Of a stretch of 29,013 nt of DNA, positions 21,971 to 29,013 are shown piece after piece. Origin of the DNA: Macrostomum lignano (taxonomy: Eukaryota); assembly GCA_002269645.1 (NCBI GenBank), contig NIVC01003860.1:1-29013 (forward strand), written 5' to 3'. Position 1 is the stretch's first letter, and every line of letters begins with the position of its first letter. A model generated the notes under the pieces. The model did not search any database. It saw only the letters and a program-made list of their open reading frames with translations, and was not told where the DNA came from. The position numbers and the translations under genes were made by a program.

Positions 21971-22616
21971 ATGACTTTATAGATAAATTTCTAAAATCCA
22001 ACACGCAGCCAGCTATCTTCATCAGCTTCACTTTTTTGTAAAGTAGACTGCCTAAATATCAGATGCTGGTATTTTCCGCAGGAAACTGAAAGAGAATTGG
22101 CATTAATAAACATTTAGAATTCAGTCAGAGTACAGTGCAAGCACATGCAGTGAAAAAGAATCCATACTGTGCAGTTTAAAACCCGCGTTGTGCAACTCTC
22201 GAACAGATTTCACTGCCTTTATCTGCTGGTAAATTTATCTGTAAATGGGGGGGGGGAGTGAGAAAAAGAAAAACAGTCACTGTAGCAGAAGGATATTGAT
22301 ACGGGAGGGGGGCACAGGCGTGATAAATGCCATGCATACACCGACTCGCCGCCACTTTCGGTGTGTTCTGTGCGCGAGAAGCTGGGGCCCTACATGCAGC
22401 AGTTGAGTTGTCGGGAAACTGGTGCAGCTGCATGGTGCTGAAGCTCGCACGCAAGTCAGCGCAGAGTCTCACGCCACTGTCTTGCTAAGCTAATCTTCAA
22501 GCCGCCTTTTCTGTTGCAACTCTTTGTGACTTTATTCTCACGGATCCGTTTTGCTTCACGGCTGGGGTGGGTTTCGCAAACGCGAAATTTCATTTGCTTT
22601 CATAAACGCGAAACAT

Positions 22617-23412
22617 CACAAACGTGAAACTTCACCACCGCTAAATGTCACCTACTTTCACAAACACGAAACTTCACCACCGCTAAATGTCACCTACTTT
22701 CACAAACGTGAAAGTTCACCACCGCTAAATGTCACCTACTTTCACAAACACGAAACTTCACCACCGCTAAATGTCACCTACTTTCACAAACACGAAACTT
22801 CACCACCGCTAAATGTCACCTACTTTCACAAACACGAAACTTCACCACCGCTAAATATCACCTACTTTCACAAACACGAAACTTCACCACCGCTAAATAT
22901 CACCTAATTTCACAACCGCGAAACTTCACCACCGCTAAATGTCACCTACTTTCACAAACGTGAAAGTTCACCACCGCTAAATGTCACCTACTTTCACAAC
23001 CGCGAAACTTCACCACCGCTAAATATCACCTACTTTCACAAACACGAAACTTCACCACCGCTAAATATCACCTACTTTCACAAACACGAAACTTCACCAC
23101 CGCTAAATATCACCTAATTTCACAACCGCGAAACTTCACCACCGCTAAATATCACCTACTTTCACAACCGCGAAGCTTCACCACCGCTAAATATCACCTA
23201 CTTTCACAACCGCGAAGCTTCACCACTGCTAAATGTCACCTACTTTCACAACCGCGAAGCTTCACCACCGCTAAATATCACCTACTTTCACAACCGCGAA
23301 ACTTCACCACCGCTAAATGTCACCTACTTTCACAAACACGAAACTTCACCACCGCTAAATGTCACCTACTTTCACAACCGCGAAACTTCACCACCGCTAA
23401 ATGTCACCTACT
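22617..23412. repeat. 42-bp minisatellite (CACAAACACGAAACTTCACCACCGCTAAATGTCACCTACTTT)
   Basis: About 19 units; source of the HKHETSPPLNVTYF ORF. Confidence 0.96.
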
Positions 23413-23942
23413 AGAGTAGATCGAGTAGTACTAGATATCAGACTACTGATAGAGAGAAAGAGAGAGGAGTTTCCTGTTTGTGAAAGCAACCCCACGGTCG
23501 CATTGTGCAAATTGCAGTTTTCAACTGCAGACTTGGCTCGTATTAATAATTAGCATCTTTATCCGGGATCGGGGAGAAGCTAAAACTTCTGAGACTACTG
23601 ATAGAAAGACTGATAGATCGATCGAGTTTAGCTTCCGGCGTCCGCAGTGTCTCGAATCTCGGCCGCGCTCCGAACTCGACAGGAGAATTATCTTGGAACT
23701 GCTGACGAACTCGTAATCCTACGGTCATAAATATTTTATCAAAGTGTAGGTATAATATTCTTCGTTTTATTATTCCCATTGGTAAGTTGCAGTTCGCAGT
23801 ATTTTATGTGGCACCTCCAAATTTGTATGAAAATAATTTTAATGCAGATAAACCGTTGAAAAACTGAAGCAGACGGACGCTAAACTCGGTTTTCTTAGAA
23901 TTGAGCTGGGGCCGGTTAGGGGTCGTATGTTTGCCGTGTTTA

Positions 23943-24290
23943 GTAAAGGTGAAGAAGGAGAGATGGGGAGGAGAGGTGAAGAAGAAGAGAGGAAGAAGAT
24001 GAGAGGGTGAGAAGGAAAGGGGGAGAAGGAGAGAGGAGGAGAAGGAGAGAGGAGGAGAAGGAGAGAGGAGGAGAAGGAGAGAGGAGGAGAAGGAGAGAGG
24101 AGGAGAAGGAGGAGAAGGAGAGAGGAGAAGGAGAGAGGAGGAGAAGGAGAGAGAGGAGAAGGAGAGAGGAGGAGAGAGGAGGAGAGAGGAGAGAGGTGGA
24201 AGGAGAGACGTGGAAGGAGAGGAGGAGAAGGAGAGAGAGGGGAGAAGGGGAGTGGGGGAGAAAGAAAGGGAGAGAAAAGAGGCAAAGCAG
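23943..24290. repeat. Polypurine low-complexity tract (GAAGGAGAGAGGAGGA-type units)
   Basis: Almost pure A/G on the plus strand. Confidence 0.92.
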
Positions 24291-25055
24291 GATGGGAAGA
24301 TACCCTCGCAGTCTATGGCTTAAAGGCAGACGCTCATCAGCTTAGCGAAATTTGACAAACTCATTTTTACAACTTAAAGCCTTCGGCTATAAGCTACCCA
24401 AATGCATTTCCAATCTTCGTGTGAGTCATCTATCATAATTCAGAGAATAAACAAAACAGGGAGAAAAATAGACAGCAGAGGCTTGCAGCGAAATGAGGAA
24501 ACAGGTCAGAGAACGAGAGGATAAAAGGAAATCGGGCAGAAGCCGCGGGGATCTGAGTGCCTTCTTTGAGCATCTTCCGCCAGGTTTTACGACCCTGTCT
24601 TCCTCAGTGAGCTTCATCATTGAGGGAGCAGGAAGATGAGGCTAAATTGTGAGCTATGGGATAAGAAATCCCCTAGCAGTTTTACGATGCCCAAAATTTA
24701 CGACTCGAATAATGAGGGTTGGGAAGCTTTCAATGGACTCTCAGCCACTATCGAAGTCGCTTCGTGGTTATATATTTGGCTCCCATTATATTGGCTTCAG
24801 TTCAGTCCCAGAGCGTCGGGTAACTTCGGATATTTCGCTACGATGTGCGCTCCATGATTTACTCACATACAGATTCGAATAGACCACAACACAACAGCAA
24901 CTTTGCTCAGCGACAGAAGTCAGACTGAAGCCCAGTCACAGGGTCGTTGCCACATGACACTGCAAAGTCAAGCTGAATCAGTCCCTGAGCTGAATTCGAG
25001 TTCCATTAATAAACAATATAACAATTTGAAGTTCAACTTATACTTTTTTCATTAA

Positions 25056-26080
25056 CCACTTCGCGCCCAAGCTTGGTTCCGCAAGATGGCTTAAAAGCCC
25101 AAAGGCCTGCAGAGCAGTCCATAGACAAATTTGTCTTTTTTGCTGAATCGAGTGCACACCCTAGAAGCCCAGAAGTAAAGTATATCACATAGTTTTTCAG
25201 CTAGCTCCTGTTCAAACCTTCCTACCCACAAATGGCTTTTACGCGGCCGAATAGGACAGCTAAAAGTGACGCCTTGCGTAGACTGGGACTCGATTCCGAT
25301 TCGGAAGACGCTTTATCAAGCAATGACTCGACGGTTTTTGAGTCAGAAACGGAGTCGGAAGGCATGGATCCAGAAATTGATCAGAGCCAAGATGAGGCGA
25401 CCGCGGAATGGGTTGAAGTAACCCCTGGAAATGACAACTCGTTTGACCACGACGGGGTGCCGGAATTCCGAGGGTTTTTGACCATCAATCTAAGCACTGG
25501 TCTACCAGAAAATCCAGACGAAAGTATGAAATAATTTTTATCAATCTTCCTGACTGAAGAGTTTCTCACCACCGTCTTGTCACATGGACCAATGAGCGAA
25601 TGTGGTTGGCTGTCAGGGAGTTCCAGCAGGAGAGTGCAGAAATGGCGAGGAAGAGAGCGAGAGTTGTTGTTGAGCTTAGCGGCGAAGTGCTGGGCGAAGG
25701 ATACCACAAATACACGGACGACTCCCTGCAACGGAAGCCCAGACTCGCCCAAGCAAACGATTCCGAATTTGAAACCTGACGTTCCAGCTAAGAAGACAGT
25801 ATTTTGCTGCAGCCAATGTCCCGGAAATCCTGGTCTCTGTCCAGATCCATGCTAATTCATCACGCTTTATTTCCCCTTTAACATTTCCCATTTGAGTGAA
25901 AACACAATAGAAATGCACAATGGACGTCTTTAAATCAGTCATGGCCTGCACAGCAGGCCATACTGGGCACTTGCTTTAGTGATTGGGAGATGGTTTTTGA
26001 TGCCATAGACATTTTTCAATCTCTGGGTTTCTGGGCCGTTTCGGTATGGCCTGCAGTGCAGGCCTTTGGCTTCCAAATGG
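25056..26080 (+). mobile_element. Internally deleted piggyBac-family DNA transposon (1025 bp)
   Basis: TTAA at 25052-25055 and 26081-26084; CCAYTT termini; acidic N-terminal ORF 25232-25534 followed by FL..FLTEEFL; core fragment VVELSGEVLGEGYHKYTDD near 25666-25722; C-terminal CCSQCPGNPGLCPDPC cysteine-rich motif. Confidence 0.82.
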
Positions 26081-26098
26081 TTAAAAATTTAGTTATTA

Positions 26099-26680
26099 TC
26101 TGATTGTAGGAAAAGTTATCGGAATTTTAAGTCACTTCACTTCGAACTATCATTATTATTATTGATTTTTTAGCATTCAATGTAATTTCCATCAGAGGCA
26201 ATAACCTCCTGCCAACGTGCATGCAGAGAATGGATGCCCTTGCGGTGCCACTCGGAGCTGTGGGAGCCGAAGAAGTCATGCAAATGCTTCTCCAAGTCCT
26301 CCTCATCCTTGAAGCTGTGATCAGCCATGGACTTTCTGAGCGCGACAAAAAGGTGGTAATCGGTAGGCGCGAATATAAGGTAGAGGTGGTAGAACCTTCC
26401 AACCAAGCGCCAGCAGCAGAGAGAATGGGCAACTTCCATGCTTTCATCTCCATCTGGCAGAGATGATCGGCGACGGTCGTCCAGTTGGCTGCTGATTGTT
26501 CTCAGCGAGGAGCGCCTCCAGGGCATATCGTCATCGAGTTCAGGTGGACACACACTGCAAGGTCTGTCCTCAAGGCCCAGTTCTCCATTCTCAAGGTGCT
26601 TTTACCAATCGTACCTAATGGACTCTAAAATTACAGCTGAACTCCAACAGCGTGTCGATTGATGAATAAGATATGAACTT
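26099..26680 (-). mobile_element. Decayed, internally deleted mariner transposon (upper boundary approximate)
   Basis: Minus-strand fragments LEDRP..., TVADHL, LGWKVLP..PY and APTDYHLF...GIHSLHARWQEVIASDGNYI; mariner-type TIR TA|TCTGATTGTAGGAAAAGTTATCGGAATTTT at 26099. Second TIR not found. Confidence 0.82.
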
Positions 26681-27508
26681 GAAATGCTATCCACATTCCA
26701 AGATAAAAGAGTTAAAGGGGGCAAAATTGCTTGCATGTGATATGAGCCAGCAGCTAATCATCATTTTCTCCAAATATTTTCATGTCGAGTCAAAAATAAA
26801 GCAAATATGCGCTTATACTACTGAACAGAGAGTAGCCAGTCAAATTGATACATCCAGATAGGGCTGAGTGAACCATCTAGGGTATTTAGTATCTGTGATT
26901 GGCAGTGAACTAAGCTGGGATGACCTCGCTAACAGTAATCAATAGGAGAATTGTAATTCGTTAGAAAAAGTAGCCTTGCTCGGGAAAATTTAATCTACTG
27001 CTAATGGTAAACGAGGCAGCGTACTGAAGTTTAAAAGATAGTGATGAGGACGCACTTTTTTCCAAATCTCACGCTCGCACACGGGCTCTAAACTTGCTAG
27101 CCTACTGACAGCCGGCTATGGGCATTTTTCGCCTTTTTGTGTAGTTTTTCTAGAATTCATACTAGTAGGATTTTTGTAGCTATATGATTTTGCCGTACTT
27201 GTAGTTATAATAACATAGGTGCAGCTTTTGGTACTTTTGGGGTCATAAATCATTGCTTTTGAGCTGGTCTGACAGCCACCTGCGCCTCGCTCAGTGTTGA
27301 GGCTGGTGCCAGATTTGGGATTAGCGATTAGCGATTTCTCTTCACCATCTTCACCTACTACTTAATAAGATCTTTCAATGCATATTTTTTCATTGATTTT
27401 TGTAACTCCTACGCGAATGGTCATAAATCATTATGTAGCGATTTTGAGTGAGTTATGACTGCACCTGGCGTATTTTTATGGCCCCGAGGGAACTAATAGG
27501 ATCATCTG

Positions 27509-27641
27509 GTCACGTGAGTTTGGGTGGCAAAAAGCTCAGCCAATCAGAAAATTCGACGTCAGTTATAACAAATCGGCTCAGCCAATCAGCGTCGAGGTGT
27601 TCCATTATAACAAACTGCGGTCCAGTTGGCGGCTATTTAAA
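27509..27641 (+). promoter_or_regulatory. Promoter-like cluster: E-box, two CCAAT boxes within a 42-bp duplication, CRE-like site, TATTTAAA
   Basis: GTCACGTGA at 27509; GCTCAGCCAATCAG at 27534 and 27576; CGACGTCA near 27554; TATTTAAA at 27634. No downstream gene recognised. Confidence 0.4.
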
Positions 27642-29013
27642 CCGGTGTTTTTGGCCCGCTCGGGCTTCAACCGGTTCAACCCCTGCAAACCTTTCTGGAG
27701 ACGGCCAGGAACTTGCTCTCTCTCTGGCCTGACCGTCGTTTCTTGATCGCGGATTGCAACTCCCCCCATCATCAAGGAACATGCTCGAATCTGGCCTGCC
27801 GGTCGTTTCTTGCAGTTGCAACATCAAATCATCATCAAGGACGAATTCCCCGGTCATCAGCAGTGAACATCAAAGTGAAGAGCATCACATGCTAGCTATC
27901 TGCGAAGATTGTGACATCAGCATCATCCCGAGTCTACAGCTGCAAAGCACTAAGCCGATTCGGTCACTGCGGATTACCTGGTCTCCGACTGTTGAGTTTC
28001 TGATTGGTTTGGTGAGAGCCTACCTAGACTTGCTTGATTGGGTGATCCCTTATCTGTCCCCTGTTTCAGTAGCTGGATTAGGCGCACACTTTTGCTCATT
28101 TTGTTCAGCAGTGCTGTAATCGAGGCAGAAATCATTCAATAATATTGAATTAGTAGTCTGAAACACCAATTCAATCTGAGGTGTTAAGTGAATCAGTGAG
28201 AAGGTTAAATCTGACAGTTATTTTATTTGTTTTATTTTTTTGTTCGCCGATGGCTCAGATGAGTGGCTAAGCTAGTAGGCGCCGGTCACAGTGGACCAAT
28301 GGCAAGACAGTTCTCAGTCGATCAATCTATCAAATCAGTGAGCAAAATTGCCAATAGTGCAAAATCGGCGCTAGAGATGTACTCTGTGCACTCTAGGTTC
28401 GCCAAGCGGCTCGGGTAATGAATCATGCGGCCTCTGAAGTTCGAGTTAGCCTATCATCAGCGCTACGAGAGGCTGGTCGGTGCGTTGAAGTCCAAAAGTG
28501 CAATTCCTCGTATTTAGCAATGTAATAGTACATGTAGCTACCCATAGTCTCGCCACTGCAAGAATCCACTGCACAAGTCCCCTCTGTACCTGCATGGCCA
28601 ATGCGATCTAGTCCCAGCAGTGTCCCTTATCATCGGCTATGACTTCGAGATTGACAGCAAAAAGACACTAGTTGGCAGGTAAGTGCTAAGCCCCCTCTAT
28701 AGTCGGAAGCCCCATTTCGAAAGTTCCGGTTTGGTCAGCCAGGACGCACGGGCTGGTGGCAGCGGGTTAGTTAATCTGCGGATTAGCTGATCTCTACCTT
28801 CAAAATTCTCCCTGCTTGTCTCTCGCTGTCCCTCTCTTAGCTATAGGACCTAGACTGCTCGCCACACGATCAAGCTACCATGGGGCTGACCATCTGACAG
28901 GAGTGGGGGGGGGGCAGGTATTGCGGGGGACGCAGCGCGGCAGAAGTCATTCGAGAGCACAGAGATTTTCAACAAATCAGCTCTGGCCGTTTCGACTAAG
29001 TCGAAGATCAACT

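Noticed and set aside
27633-28119. Short ORFs downstream of the CCAAT/TATA module
   Set aside because: No motif, non-ATG or weak starts, no splice-consistent model.
28220-28700. Possible 3' end of a minus-strand non-LTR retrotransposon (A-rich tail near 28220-28242, LHVLLHC zinc-knuckle-like residues)
   Set aside because: Interrupted by stops, cysteine spacing is not canonical and no RT motif is visible; a Dfam or tBLASTx search would be needed.

Overview
Eukaryotic (metazoan) genomic DNA. GC3-rich Ala/Pro-rich coding exons, GT-AG introns packed with private minisatellites and TTAGGG repeats suggest an invertebrate such as a free-living flatworm like Macrostomum (inference only). Two genes are arranged head to head. 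(1) A polycystin-2/TRPP channel gene lies on the minus strand. I reconstruct phase-consistent coding exons 8439-8178, [6808-6695 or 6530-6417], 5343-5213, 4817-4422, 3852-2965 and 2366-2233; the 3' end runs off the left edge of the window. (2) A two-exon Frizzled of the Fz4/9/10 type lies on the plus strand (17820-19133, 19282-20088; 706 aa). The rest is tandem repeats and decayed DNA transposons (a MITE, an internally deleted piggyBac and a mariner). Most ORFs in the supplied track are repeat or antisense artefacts. The most notable observations are: a hidden tandemly duplicated 114-nt exon encoding an alternative pre-S1/S1 helix of the TRPP channel (candidate mutually exclusive splicing, absent from the ORF track); a Frizzled carrying Leu at the class-F switch position W7.55 and lacking KTxxxW; and a 1.87-kb block containing only one CpG. 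I recognised no rRNA, tRNA or CRISPR array.
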